Source: an uncultured Atopobiaceae bacterium
GTDB lineage: Bacteria > Actinomycetota > Coriobacteriia > Coriobacteriales > Atopobiaceae
Assembly (NCBI GenBank): GCA_944321515.1
Contig: CALULO010000002.1
Coordinates: 39,163 to 103,162, forward strand
DNA length: 64,000 nucleotides
Reading direction: 5' to 3'
In this document: positions 1 to 9,192 of the stretch, piece by piece
Layout of the letters: the number at the start of each line of letters is the position of its first letter
Numbering within the stretch: position 1 is the stretch's first letter
Position numbers and translations under genes: made by a program
Notes under the pieces: model-generated
The model's input: the letters and a program-made list of their open reading frames with translations, nothing else
What the model was told of the DNA's origin: nothing
Database searches by the model: none

Positions 1-12
1 TCGCAGTTCTAG
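1..12 (+). CDS. pheS: Possible 3' end of phenylalanine--tRNA ligase alpha subunit (only S-Q-F-stop visible)
   Basis: Frame 1 reads TCG CAG TTC TAG, 57 nt upstream of pheT. PheS proteins commonly end in ...FLxQF. Only three codons are visible, so support is weak. Confidence 0.25.
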   Translation, partial: SQF

Positions 13-69
13 CCGTCCGCAGGACCACCGCAAGACGCTTTTCGATTAACGCGCGCAAAGGAGAAGAAC

Positions 70-2538
70 ATGCGCATCTCATATGAGTGGCTCAAGTCCA
101 TGGTGGACGTGCCGGACGACCCGCACGAGCTCGTGGAGCAGCTCACCCGCACCGGCACCGAGGTCGAGGCCGTCGAGAAGGTCGGGGCCAACCTCGAGCA
201 CGTTGTCACGGCGCAGGTCGTGAGCAAGGTCCCGCACCCCAACTCCGACCACATGTGGCTCTGCCAGGTCTCCGTGGGCGACAAGAACGTGGACGCCGAG
301 GGCAACCCCGTGCCGCTGCAGATCGTCTGCGGCGCCCAGAACTTCAACGAGGGCGACCACATCGTCTGTGCCATGATCGGCGCGGTGCTGCCCGGCGACT
401 TCAAGATCAAGAAGAGCAAGCTGCGCGGCATCGAGTCGTGCGGCATGAACTGCTCCGAGCGCGAGCTCGGCCTGGGCTCGAACCACGACGGCATCATGAT
501 CTTGCCGCCCGACGCGCCGGTGGGCATGGACTTCACCGAGTATCTCGGCACCTCTGACACCGTGATCGACTGCGAGATCACGCCCAACCGCCCGGACTGC
601 CTCTCCATGACCGGCTTCGCCACGGAGGTGGCGGCCATCCTGGACGAGGACACCCACGTCGAGCTGCCGAGCGTCGCCACCGAGTCTGGCCCCAACGCCG
701 CCGACCTGGTGGACGTGGCCATCGAGGACCCGGAGCTCTGCAGCCGCTACACCGCGCGCGTGGTGCGCAACGTGAAGATCGGCCCCTCGCCCGAGTGGCT
801 TGCCCGTCGCGTGGCCGCCGCGGGCGGTCGCTCCATCAACAACGTGGTGGACGTCACCAACTACGTGATGTACCTCACTGGCCAGCCCCTCCACGCGTTC
901 GACCTGGGTGCCCTCTCGGAGCGCGACGGCAAGCGCCACATCGTGGTCCGCGCCGCGCACGAGGGCGAGAAGCTCACGACGCTCGACGGCCAGGAGCGCG
1001 TCCTCACGCCGGACATGTGCGTCATCACCGACGACGGCGCGACGCCGGTGGCGCTCGCCGGCGTCATGGGCGGCCTTGACTCGGAGATTACCGAGGGCAC
1101 GACCGACGTCCTTCTTGAGAGTGCGAACTTCTCGGCCGGCCACACCTCCCGCACGAGCCGCAACCTCGACCTCATGAGCGAGGCCTCTATCCGCTACGAG
1201 CGCCACGTTGACGGCACCAACTGCGCCAACGTGGCCGAGATCGCGGCCGCGCTCTTCGAGCAGTGCTGCGGCGCCGAGGTCTGCCCCGGCATCGTGGACG
1301 TCTACCCCGGCGAGGCCGACGACGCCCCGACGGTGATCCAGCTGCGCACCGCGCGCGTCCGCTCGCTCGCCGGCGCCCCGATCACCAACTCCTTCATCGC
1401 GAGCCGCCTGGGCCGCCTGGGCTGCGAGGTCAGGCGCAACGACGTCGAGCACTACGAGGTCGTGGCGCCCAGCAACCGTCCCGACCTCACCCGCGAAGTC
1501 GACCTCATCGAGGAGGTCGTGCGCCTGTGGGGCGAGGGCGACATCGCGCCGACGATTCCCGCCGCCCGCAACCACGCCGGCGGCCTCACGCTGGAGCAGC
1601 GCCGCACCCGCAAGGTGGGCGCCTGCCTGCGCTCCTGCGGCCTGTCCGAGACCTCCACGTACTGCTTCGCCGCGCCGGACGACCTCGCCCGCCTGGGCAT
1701 CCCGGAGACGGGCCGCGGCGTGCCGGTGAAGATCATCCGCCCGCTCGTGGCCGAGCAGTCCGAGATGCGGCGCGACCTGCTGCCGGGCCTGCTTCGCTCG
1801 GTGGCCTACAACCTGGACCACGGCGTGGCCAACGTGGCGCTCTACGAGATCGGCCGCGTGTTCTTCGGCCACGCGCACCGGAGCCAGCCCGACGAGCCGA
1901 GCTACGTCTGCGGCGTCATGGCCGGCAAGCGTGCCGACGACGCCTGGAACCAGCGCTACGCCGAGTACGACTTCTATGACGCCAAGGGCGTGGTGGAGGA
2001 GCTGCTCGACGCGCTGCGCGTGACCAAGGTCCGCTTCAAGGTGGCCGACCCCGAGCAGTACCCCTGGCTCCAGCCGGGCCGTGCGGCCGAGGTCTTCGCC
2101 TCGGGCGGCGAGCTCGTGGGCTGGGTGGGCAACGTGCACCCGCGCGCGCTCAAGGCGATGGACGTGGACGTGCCGGTGGTCGCCTTTGAGCTCTCCATGG
2201 CCACGCTGCTGCGCCTTGCGCACAACGAGCTGCCCTACCAGGACGTCCCGACGCTCCCCGGCGTCGACGTGGACCTGGCCATCGTCGTCGACGAGTCGGT
2301 GACGTGCGAGACCCTCATGCAGCGCATCACCTCCGCGGGCGGCAAGCTGCTCTCCGACGTCCGCCTCTTCGACGTCTACCGTGACCCGGTGCGCGTGGGC
2401 GAGGGCAAGAAGTCCATGGCCTTCTCGCTGACGTACCGCGCGGCGGACCGCACCCTCACCTCCGAGGAGGTCGAGAAGGCGCACGCCAAGCTCGTGACCA
2501 AGGTGTGCAAGTCCACCGGCGGCGAGGTCCGCGGCTAG
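70..2538 (+). CDS. pheT: Phenylalanine--tRNA ligase beta subunit
   Basis: The 822 aa ORF has the typical PheT N-terminus (MRISYEWLK...tRNA-binding domain), B3/4 and B5 regions and a C-terminal anticodon-binding-like domain. The RBS GGAGAAGAAC lies directly upstream of the ATG. Confidence 0.95.
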   Translation: MRISYEWLKSMVDVPDDPHELVEQLTRTGTEVEAVEKVGANLEHVVTAQVVSKVPHPNSDHMWLCQVSVGDKNVDAEGNPVPLQIVCGAQNFNEGDHIVCAMIGAVLPGDFKIKKSKLRGIESCGMNCSERELGLGSNHDGIMILPPDAPVGMDFTEYLGTSDTVIDCEITPNRPDCLSMTGFATEVAAILDEDTHVELPSVATESGPNAADLVDVAIEDPELCSRYTARVVRNVKIGPSPEWLARRVAAAGGRSINNVVDVTNYVMYLTGQPLHAFDLGALSERDGKRHIVVRAAHEGEKLTTLDGQERVLTPDMCVITDDGATPVALAGVMGGLDSEITEGTTDVLLESANFSAGHTSRTSRNLDLMSEASIRYERHVDGTNCANVAEIAAALFEQCCGAEVCPGIVDVYPGEADDAPTVIQLRTARVRSLAGAPITNSFIASRLGRLGCEVRRNDVEHYEVVAPSNRPDLTREVDLIEEVVRLWGEGDIAPTIPAARNHAGGLTLEQRRTRKVGACLRSCGLSETSTYCFAAPDDLARLGIPETGRGVPVKIIRPLVAEQSEMRRDLLPGLLRSVAYNLDHGVANVALYEIGRVFFGHAHRSQPDEPSYVCGVMAGKRADDAWNQRYAEYDFYDAKGVVEELLDALRVTKVRFKVADPEQYPWLQPGRAAEVFASGGELVGWVGNVHPRALKAMDVDVPVVAFELSMATLLRLAHNELPYQDVPTLPGVDVDLAIVVDESVTCETLMQRITSAGGKLLSDVRLFDVYRDPVRVGEGKKSMAFSLTYRAADRTLTSEEVEKAHAKLVTKVCKSTGGEVRG

Positions 2539-2576
2539 CAAACATATTTGGGCGGGGTGACCCACCTTCAGGCTCT

Positions 2577-2618
2577 GGGCCCGAGGGCGCCGTACGCGAG
2601 GCGCTCCCGGGCCTTTTT
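2577..2618 (+). terminator. Rho-independent terminator after pheT
   Basis: A 14 bp GC-rich stem (2577-2590 / 2599-2612, one mismatch and one G-U) with an 8 nt loop is followed by TTTTT. Confidence 0.6.
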
Positions 2619-2661
2619 ACGTCTCGCCTTCAGGTGCTTCTCGCCGCGCAGCCGGGCGTGC

Positions 2662-2667
2662 TAGGAT
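2662..2667 (+). promoter_or_regulatory. Candidate -10 box (TAGGAT) giving a leaderless transcript for the 2675 CDS
   Basis: TAGGAT ends 7 nt before the ATG at 2675 and there is no SD between them. TANNNT -10 boxes and leaderless mRNAs are common in Actinobacteria. Confidence 0.35.
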
Positions 2668-2674
2668 ATCCCCC

Positions 2675-3334
2675 ATGCCGAGCTGGAACATACATACCGC
2701 GCACGTCGAGCGGCTCCTTCGCGAGGAGGGGGCTGACGCGCTGGGCATCACCGACGTCAACGCGTTCCTGATGGGCAACCTCGCGCCGGACATCTACGTG
2801 GGCTACATGGTGCCCAACATCACCCACCGCATCGACTACAAGCTCACGCACCTGGCCCTGCGCGAGCACATCCCGCTGCCACGCGCCGACGAGTTCTGGG
2901 AGTTCTACGTGGCGTGCCAGGACCAGGTGAGCGACCTCACGCTCGGTGCCTGGGCGCATCTGGTTGCCGACCACGTCTACAACAGGCATACCCGTGCCTA
3001 CCTGGAGCGCATTGGCATGGAGCCAGGCGAGAAGGCGCGTGTTGGCAAGCAGTCCGACTTCGCGCTGTTTGGCAGGACGCTGGACATCTCGATGGTGCCG
3101 CACGTGGACGAGGCACTTCTCGCCCAGTGCGCGGACTTTCCCCAGTACTCAATTGCCGAGAAGGACGCGCGGGCCGCGGCGGACGTCGCACGGGCCATCG
3201 TGGAGAAGAACCGAGCGGAGCACGTGACAGGCGAGCCGGAGTACCAGCTGCTCACGGCCGAGTTCTTCGAGACGGCTCGCGCGGAGGCGCACGCGGAGAT
3301 TGTCCGCGGTCTTAAGGGGGGTCTCCGGGCGTAG
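2675..3334 (+). CDS. Hypothetical protein, zinc-dependent phospholipase C-like / metal hydrolase-like
   Basis: The 219 aa ORF has an N-terminal W-N-x-H-T-A-H motif and later D/H-rich motifs (NLAPD, HLVADHVYNRH) reminiscent of the Zn_dep_PLPC fold. The assignment is tentative. Confidence 0.5.
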   Translation: MPSWNIHTAHVERLLREEGADALGITDVNAFLMGNLAPDIYVGYMVPNITHRIDYKLTHLALREHIPLPRADEFWEFYVACQDQVSDLTLGAWAHLVADHVYNRHTRAYLERIGMEPGEKARVGKQSDFALFGRTLDISMVPHVDEALLAQCADFPQYSIAEKDARAAADVARAIVEKNRAEHVTGEPEYQLLTAEFFETARAEAHAEIVRGLKGGLRA

Positions 3335-3382
3335 GGTCTTTGGAATCGCAAGACAGCCGAAAGCCAGGCGAGAGGGGACCGG

Positions 3383-4348
3383 ATGAGAATCGTTGCCTTT
3401 GACGTGCGCCCGGATGAGCACGACGAGTTCGTCCGGCAGGCGGCACGCGCGGACGTGGACGAGCTGGTGTGCCACGCCGAGCCGCTTACCACAGAGAACG
3501 CCTCGGCCGTGGACGGGTTCGACGCGGCCCTCGTCATCGGCATGGTCACCTACGACGAGCCCCTGCTCTCCACGCTGGCGGCCCACGGGCTGCGCGTGCT
3601 GGTCACCCGGACCATCGGGATGGACCACATTGACCTGCCCGCCGCAGAGCGCCTCGGCATTGCCGTCTCAAACTCCAGCTACGCGCCGGACAGCGTCGCC
3701 GACTTCACGCTGATGCTCATGCTGGTGGCGCTGCGCAAGTACAAGCAGATGGTCTACCTCCAGAACGTCAACGACTTCTCGCTCCCGGGGCTCATGGGGC
3801 GCACGCTCGGCTCGCTCACGGTGGGCATCGTGGGGACGGGCGCGATCGGCTCCGCCGTGGCGCGGCGCCTCGCCGGCTTTGGCTCCACCATCCTTGCGTA
3901 TGGCCACCACCAGACCAACGAGGTGCTCTCGGTTGGCACCTACGTCCCGCTCGACGAGCTGTACCGCCGCTCCGACGTGATCACCTTCCACGTCCCCTCC
4001 ACGCCCGAGAACGAGAACATGGTCTGTGACGAGACGCTCGCGCGGATGCGTGACGGCGTGGTCCTGGTCAACACGGCTCGAGCGAGCCTGATGGACGTCA
4101 ACACTCTCATATCCGGCATAGAGAGCGGCAAGATCGGTGCGCTGGCGATGGACGTCTTCGCCGGGGAGGACGGCATCTACCACAAGGCGCACGGCGTGGA
4201 CATCATTGCCAACCGCGACATGGCCTATCTGCGTCAGTTTCCCAACACGGTGCTCACGCAGCACGTTGCGTTCTACACGCAGGAGGCGGTCAACGAGATG
4301 GTGAGCCACGCCGTCGACGCTGCGGTGCGCCTGGCGGCCGCGGGCTGA
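3383..4348 (+). CDS. D-isomer-specific 2-hydroxyacid dehydrogenase family protein
   Basis: It has the Rossmann motif GIVGTGAIGSAV and catalytic-region motifs (ARASL, TQHVAF). The RBS GAGAGGGGA precedes the ATG. Confidence 0.85.
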   Translation: MRIVAFDVRPDEHDEFVRQAARADVDELVCHAEPLTTENASAVDGFDAALVIGMVTYDEPLLSTLAAHGLRVLVTRTIGMDHIDLPAAERLGIAVSNSSYAPDSVADFTLMLMLVALRKYKQMVYLQNVNDFSLPGLMGRTLGSLTVGIVGTGAIGSAVARRLAGFGSTILAYGHHQTNEVLSVGTYVPLDELYRRSDVITFHVPSTPENENMVCDETLARMRDGVVLVNTARASLMDVNTLISGIESGKIGALAMDVFAGEDGIYHKAHGVDIIANRDMAYLRQFPNTVLTQHVAFYTQEAVNEMVSHAVDAAVRLAAAG

Positions 4349-4502
4349 GCGACGGGGGGCGCGGCTAGGCGGGCAACTCGATGGGTGAGGCCGCCGCCGC
4401 GGTACCGGCGGGCATTGCGTTGTGTCCGGCCGCCCTCGCGCTCGCGCGATCTTCTCGCCACGACCGCTCGCGCGTGCGCAAATTAGGCGAACGGCGCGCA
4501 GC

Positions 4503-4508
4503 TAGAAT
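4503..4508 (+). promoter_or_regulatory. Candidate -10 box TAGAAT upstream of the GH13 gene
   Basis: TAGAAT lies 64 nt upstream of the ATG at 4572. The same hexamer recurs upstream of several genes in this window. Confidence 0.35.
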
Positions 4509-4571
4509 GGGGTCTCGTGAGCGTCGCCAGCGACGCCCGGCAGACACGGAGCCCAAACGAGAGGAGCCCCC

Positions 4572-5921
4572 ATGAGCTGGTACGAGCCGTCCTTCGTCTA
4601 TCAGGTGTATCCGCTGGGCCTGACCGGCGCACCGCATGAGAACGACGGGGCTCTCGAGCATCGCATCCTCAAGCTCGTGGACGACGGCTGGATTGACCAC
4701 GCTGCAAGGCTTGGCGCCACCTGCCTGCTGCTCAACCCCGTCTTCGAGTCGGACGCCCACGGCTATGACACGCGCGACTATACGCGGGTGGACTGCCGCC
4801 TGGGCACCAACGAGGACCTGCGCACGGTGGTCGACGCCGCGCACGCCGCCGGCATGAAGGTCCTTCTCGACGGGGTGTTCAACCACGTGGGCCGCGGCTT
4901 CTGGGCCCTGGCCGACGTGCGCGAGAAGCACCAGGCCAGCCCCTACGCCGGCTGGTTCGAGATTGACTGGAACGGCAACAACCAGTACGACGACGGCTTC
5001 TCCTACACCTGCTGGGAGGGCGTCCCCTACCTCGTGAAGCTCAACCACTGGAGCGAGGACCTCAACAACTACCTGGCCGACGTCATCCGCGGCTGGGTGC
5101 GCGAGTTTGACGTGGACGGCCTCCGCCTGGACGTTGCCTACTGCCTTGACCAGGGATTCCTTCGCTTCCTTCGCAACGTGGCAAACCAGATCGGCCAGGA
5201 GCGCGGCGAGAAGTTCGTGCTCGTGGGCGAGACCATGTTCGGCGACTACAACCAGTGGATGGCCGAGGACATGTGCGACTCGGTGACCAACTACGAGGCC
5301 TACAAGGGCCTCTGGTCCTCCATGAACTCCGCCAACATGCACGAGATCGCCTATGCGCTCGAGCGCCAGAGCGGCAGCCATCCCTGGGACCTCTACACCG
5401 GCCGGCACCTGCTGGACTTCGTGGACAACCACGACGTGCCGCGCATTGCCACCAAGCTCGACGACGCGCGTCAGCTCCGGCCGCTCTACGGCCTGCTCTT
5501 CGCCATGAGCGGCGTCCCGAGCGTCTACTACGGCTCGGAGTGGGGCATAGAGGGCGAGCAGAACTTCGGGGACTACGAGATCCGCCCGGCGCTGGACGCG
5601 CCCGAGTGGAACGACCTCACCGACTGGATTGCCTCGCTCGCCAAGGCGCGCGCCGCCAGCCCAGCCATCGTCTGGGGCGACTACGCTCAGCTTCAGTGTC
5701 AGCCGCTTCAGCTCGTGTTCCAGCGTAGCTACGGCGGCGGCGAGCACGGGGACGCCCAGCGCGTGATCGTGGCGATAAACGCCGCGGCCGAGCCCGCCGT
5801 GGTTCACTTTGACGCCCAGTGCGGCCGTGCCGTGGACCTCCTCAGCGGCGAGGACCACGACTTCGGCGGCGGCTCCGAGCTGCCGCCCTTCTCGACGCGC
5901 TACTGGCTCTGCGAGCGGTAG
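4572..5921 (+). CDS. Alpha-amylase family (GH13) glycoside hydrolase, cytoplasmic
   Basis: GH13 conserved regions are present (DGVFNHVG, GLRLDVA, VGE, FVDNHD). No signal peptide is present. The RBS is GAGGAG. Confidence 0.85.
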   Translation: MSWYEPSFVYQVYPLGLTGAPHENDGALEHRILKLVDDGWIDHAARLGATCLLLNPVFESDAHGYDTRDYTRVDCRLGTNEDLRTVVDAAHAAGMKVLLDGVFNHVGRGFWALADVREKHQASPYAGWFEIDWNGNNQYDDGFSYTCWEGVPYLVKLNHWSEDLNNYLADVIRGWVREFDVDGLRLDVAYCLDQGFLRFLRNVANQIGQERGEKFVLVGETMFGDYNQWMAEDMCDSVTNYEAYKGLWSSMNSANMHEIAYALERQSGSHPWDLYTGRHLLDFVDNHDVPRIATKLDDARQLRPLYGLLFAMSGVPSVYYGSEWGIEGEQNFGDYEIRPALDAPEWNDLTDWIASLAKARAASPAIVWGDYAQLQCQPLQLVFQRSYGGGEHGDAQRVIVAINAAAEPAVVHFDAQCGRAVDLLSGEDHDFGGGSELPPFSTRYWLCER

Positions 5922-5969
5922 GGGAGCCTCGCGGGGTGCGCCCGCCGCTTGTGCACGACGCCGATTCGG

Positions 5970-6095
5970 GCGCAAGTGCGTTCCGGCCGCGCGTGAGCCC
6001 TGCGCAAGTGCGTTCCTAACGACGGGAAAAGCCCCTCAAGTGCATTGAGCGGGCGAGAAGAACGCGTTGAGTGCGTGGGCGGTCAATACACTTAG
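5970..6095. repeat. Cluster of short AAGTGC-type repeats in a convergent intergenic region
   Basis: GCGCAAGTGCGTTCC occurs twice (5970-5984 and 6002-6016). Related units are CTCAAGTGCATTGAG (6035-6049, palindromic arms), TTGAGTGCG (6067-6075) and inverted ACACTTAG (6088-6095). Confidence 0.6.
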
Positions 6096-6210
6096 CGTCC
6101 ATCGCGGCGCCTGCCCAGCTGCAGCGTTCCGCCATGGCGTCACCGCAGCACCGTGGTGGCGGGCGCCCCCCGTCACCGTGCGGCGCCCGCTCCGCCGGCC
6201 CACAGCGACA

Positions 6211-6279
6211 GCAAAAAGGCCCCGCAGCGCCTCTGGGGCGTCCCTCATGGGGCGCCCGAACGAGGAGCCGCGGGGCCTT
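6211..6279 (-). terminator. Probable terminator of pyk
   Basis: A 10 bp stem AAGGCCCCGC / GCGGGGCCTT (6216-6225 / 6270-6279) is followed on the minus strand by TTTTTGC. The interior loop is large. Confidence 0.5.
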
Positions 6280-6304
6280 GGCCTCGCAGGCGGGTGAGCC
6301 GTTC

Positions 6305-7753
6305 CTACTGGACCTGGGCCACCATGGCCATGTTGGTGGAGGTGGTGTAGTCACCGAGGCGCGGAGAGGTCTGCGGGTCGCCGGCGGTGATAACAACGAT
6401 GTCGCCGGTCTCCACGAGGCCGTTCTCCTTGGCCGCGGTCAGCGCGTTGTAGAGCGTCGCGGACAGCGAGCCCTGCTCCACGGTGCGGTAGGCGTAGACG
6501 CCCCAGTAGAAGCAGGTGCGACGGATGGTCTCCTCGCTCGGGGACATCGCGAAGAGCGGCATCTTCGGGCGGAAGGTCGAGATGAGGCGGGCGGAGCGGC
6601 CGGAGTGGGTCGGGGCGAGAATGCACTTGGCGTTCACGCGGTCGGCCATCTCGAGAGCGGCGAAGCCGGTGGCGCCGTTGACGTTACGCACGCCGCCGCG
6701 GTCGTGGTACTCCTTGCGCTCGGGCAGGTACTTCTCGGTCTCCTTGCAGATCTCGGACATGGTCTTCACGGCCTCAATCGGGTACTTGCCGGCGGCAGAC
6801 TCGCCGGAGAGCATGACGCAGTCCGTGCCGTCGTAGATGGCGTTGGCGACGTCGGTGATCTCCGCACGCGTCGGGCGCGGGTTGCGCTGCATGGAGTCGA
6901 GCATCTGCGTGGCCGTGATGACCGGCTTGTAGTGCTCGTTGCACTTGCGGATGATGGTCTTCTGGATGTGCGGGACCTCGGCGGCCGGCACCTCCACGCC
7001 CAAGTCGCCACGGGCGACCATGATGCCGTCGGCCGCGTGGAGAATCTCGTCGAAGTTCTTGACGCCCAGGGCGCTCTCGATCTTCGGGAAGATCTGCACG
7101 TTGGACGCGCCCATTTCGACGCAAATCTTGCGGATCTCGTTGACGGCCGCACCGTCACGGATGAACGAGGCGGCGATGGCGTCGATGCCCAGCTCGCAGC
7201 CGAACATGATGTCGGCGCGATCCTGCGCGGTGACGGACGGCAGGTTGATGTTGAGGTTGGGGAAGTTGACGCCCTTGTGCTCGCCCAGCTCGCCACCGTT
7301 GGTGATGACGCAGGTGATGTTGGTACCGTCGACGCTCTCGACCTCAAGGCCGATGAGGCCGTCGTCAATCAGGATGACGGTGCCCTTCTCGACCTCCTGG
7401 GGAAGGTTCTTGTAGTCAAGCGAGAAGCGCTCGGCGGTGCCGATGACGTCGTCGTCGGTGGTGATAACGCAGGTCTTGCCGGTCTCCAGCGTGACCTTCT
7501 GGCCGTCCTTGAGAAGGCCGGTGCGCACCTCGGGGCCCTTGGTGTCGAGCATGATGGCCACGGGGATGGAGAGCTCGGCGGAGAGGGCACGCACGCGCTC
7601 GATGTTCTTGCGGTGGTACTCGTGGCTACCGTGGGAGAAGTTGAAGCGCGCGACGTTCATGCCGTGGAGGATAAGCTGGCGCAGTACCTCCTCGTCCTCG
7701 GTGGCGGGGCCCATCGTGCAGACGATCTTGGTCTTCTTCTTAGAAAATGCCAT
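6305..7753 (-). CDS. pyk: Pyruvate kinase
   Basis: The N-terminus is canonical (KKTKIVCTMGPAT, NVARFNFSHG) and the protein is full length. The ATG at 7753 is preceded by GAGGAAAGGG. The ORF-track start at 7756 is a TTG one codon upstream. Confidence 0.95.
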   Translation of the reverse strand: MAFSKKKTKIVCTMGPATEDEEVLRQLILHGMNVARFNFSHGSHEYHRKNIERVRALSAELSIPVAIMLDTKGPEVRTGLLKDGQKVTLETGKTCVITTDDDVIGTAERFSLDYKNLPQEVEKGTVILIDDGLIGLEVESVDGTNITCVITNGGELGEHKGVNFPNLNINLPSVTAQDRADIMFGCELGIDAIAASFIRDGAAVNEIRKICVEMGASNVQIFPKIESALGVKNFDEILHAADGIMVARGDLGVEVPAAEVPHIQKTIIRKCNEHYKPVITATQMLDSMQRNPRPTRAEITDVANAIYDGTDCVMLSGESAAGKYPIEAVKTMSEICKETEKYLPERKEYHDRGGVRNVNGATGFAALEMADRVNAKCILAPTHSGRSARLISTFRPKMPLFAMSPSEETIRRTCFYWGVYAYRTVEQGSLSATLYNALTAAKENGLVETGDIVVITAGDPQTSPRLGDYTTSTNMAMVAQVQ

Positions 7754-7799
7754 CAAAACCCTTTCCTCGAATGGCGGTGATCAGCGTCGTTGCCAGGTT

Positions 7800-8804
7800 T
7801 TAGCAAACGATGCTGCGGTCGACGAAGTCGGTGCCGTTGGCGAAGGCCTGGGCGTTGTCCAGCGTGACGCGGGCGATCTGGCCGAGCGCCTCGTGGGTGA
7901 AGAATGCCTGGTGGCTCGTCATGACGACGTTGGGGAAGGAGCAGAGGCGCGCGGTGACGGAGTCGATGACCTGGCCGGCGCGGTTCTGGTAGACGTTCGG
8001 GCCCTCCTCGTCGTAGACGTCGAGGCCGGCGGCGCCGATCTTGCCGGAGAGGATGCCGCGGATGAGGGCCTGGGTGTCGACGAGGCCGCCACGACCGGTG
8101 TTCACGAAGATGACGCCGTCCTTCATCTTGGCGATGGTGTCGTCGTTGATCATGTGGCGGCTCTCCTCGTTGAGGAAGGCGTGCAGCGAGATGAGGTCGG
8201 AGCGGCGATAGAGCTCGTCGTAGTCGACGTACTCGTCAATCACGTGCTCCTCGTCCACGAGCTTCTGGTTGGGGTAGAGGTCGGTGCCGAGGACCGTCAT
8301 GCCGAAGCCCTTGCAGATGCGGCAGAGCGCGGCGCCGATGCGGCCGGTGCCGATGATGCCGGCGGTCTTGCCGTGGAGCGTCTCGCCGACGAGGCCGTCG
8401 AGGGAGAAGTCGTTCTCGCGGACGCGGATGTAGCCCTTGCAGATGCGGCGGTTGGCGGCAAGCGCGAGGCCCATGGCGTGCTCGGCGATGGCCTCGGGGG
8501 AGTAGGCCGGGACGCGGGTGACCTTCATGCCAAGGTCCTTGGCCACGGCCACGTTGACGGCGTCGAAGCCGGCGCAGCGCATGAGGAGGAGCTTCACGCC
8601 GAAGCCGGCGAGGATCTCGAGGGTCATGGCGCCACAATCGGCGTTGACGAAGGCGCAGACGGCGTCGTAGCCGCGAGCAAGCGCGGCGGTCATCGGGGTG
8701 AGGTTGGTCTCGGTGAAGTCGATCTTGATGTCCGGGTAGTCGACGAGCTCCTTGTTGAAGGAGATCTTGTCGTAGCTGGCCGTCCCGTAAAAGAGGATCT
8801 TCAT
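7800..8804 (-). CDS. ldhA: D-lactate dehydrogenase (NAD-dependent, fermentative)
   Basis: It is colinear with E. coli LdhA (AVCxFVND, LRCAGFxxV, RVPAYSPEAxAEH, GKTAGxIGTGxIG, HQAFxT). Confidence 0.9.
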   Translation of the reverse strand: MKILFYGTASYDKISFNKELVDYPDIKIDFTETNLTPMTAALARGYDAVCAFVNADCGAMTLEILAGFGVKLLLMRCAGFDAVNVAVAKDLGMKVTRVPAYSPEAIAEHAMGLALAANRRICKGYIRVRENDFSLDGLVGETLHGKTAGIIGTGRIGAALCRICKGFGMTVLGTDLYPNQKLVDEEHVIDEYVDYDELYRRSDLISLHAFLNEESRHMINDDTIAKMKDGVIFVNTGRGGLVDTQALIRGILSGKIGAAGLDVYDEEGPNVYQNRAGQVIDSVTARLCSFPNVVMTSHQAFFTHEALGQIARVTLDNAQAFANGTDFVDRSIVC

Positions 8805-9192
8805 TGAACGCGTCCTTTCCGTGTGCGCACGAGCGCTCGAATAACCCTACGGGTCATAAGTTTAGCGCAGGCAAGAGAAAGGTAATGCCGCCGTTTACCG
8901 ATAAGTCCTTGCTTTTTTCGGCAAGTTGATAAAGAAGGCGAGAAGAACCCCCTCCGGGAGCCCCTCCGTAAGCCCCGCGCGATTCTCGCCGCGAGGTCCG
9001 CGGGTTGGGGCGGGTCTGTGCGCTTGGCGCTTATATTGCCCGCGTAACGATGGCCTTGGAGGGCATATCGGGTATGATTTTGACTGTTCTGTCAAAGGCC
9101 CGGCACGGCAGCCTTGGCGAGCCCTTGCCCCTCCTGGGGAATTATGATCGGGCGTCAACCTGCCGGGCGCAGAAGACCCAGGAGGGAAGAAC

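Noticed and set aside
79-2565. Very long ORFs lie antisense to or overlapping recognised genes. Examples are 79-2565(-), 6071-7780(+), 9205-11625(-), 26176-27870(-), 31666-34041(+), 41926-44259(+), 45618-48710(-) and 61870-63981(-).
   Set aside because: Their products are Arg/Ala/Gly/His-rich low-complexity strings with no motifs. Each lies opposite a gene with unambiguous conserved motifs. This is the usual stop-codon-poor antisense artefact of high-GC DNA.
6067-6297. A 76 aa ORF (TTG start) lies directly after a GGCGAGAAGAAC copy. A 67 aa ORF at 28995-29198 starts within another copy.
   Set aside because: The first has Arg/Pro/Ala-rich composition typical of translated non-coding GC-rich DNA, and it spans a terminator hairpin. 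The second runs through an AT-rich promoter into the CarD-like gene. Neither has recognisable motifs.
8805-9192. A metal riboswitch (M-box or yybP-ykoY) in the 388 bp leader of the P-type ATPase was considered.
   Set aside because: I could not find the conserved cores of either family by eye. Only generic GC hairpins and one inverted pair of the GGCGAGAA word are present. An Infernal scan is needed for a definitive answer.
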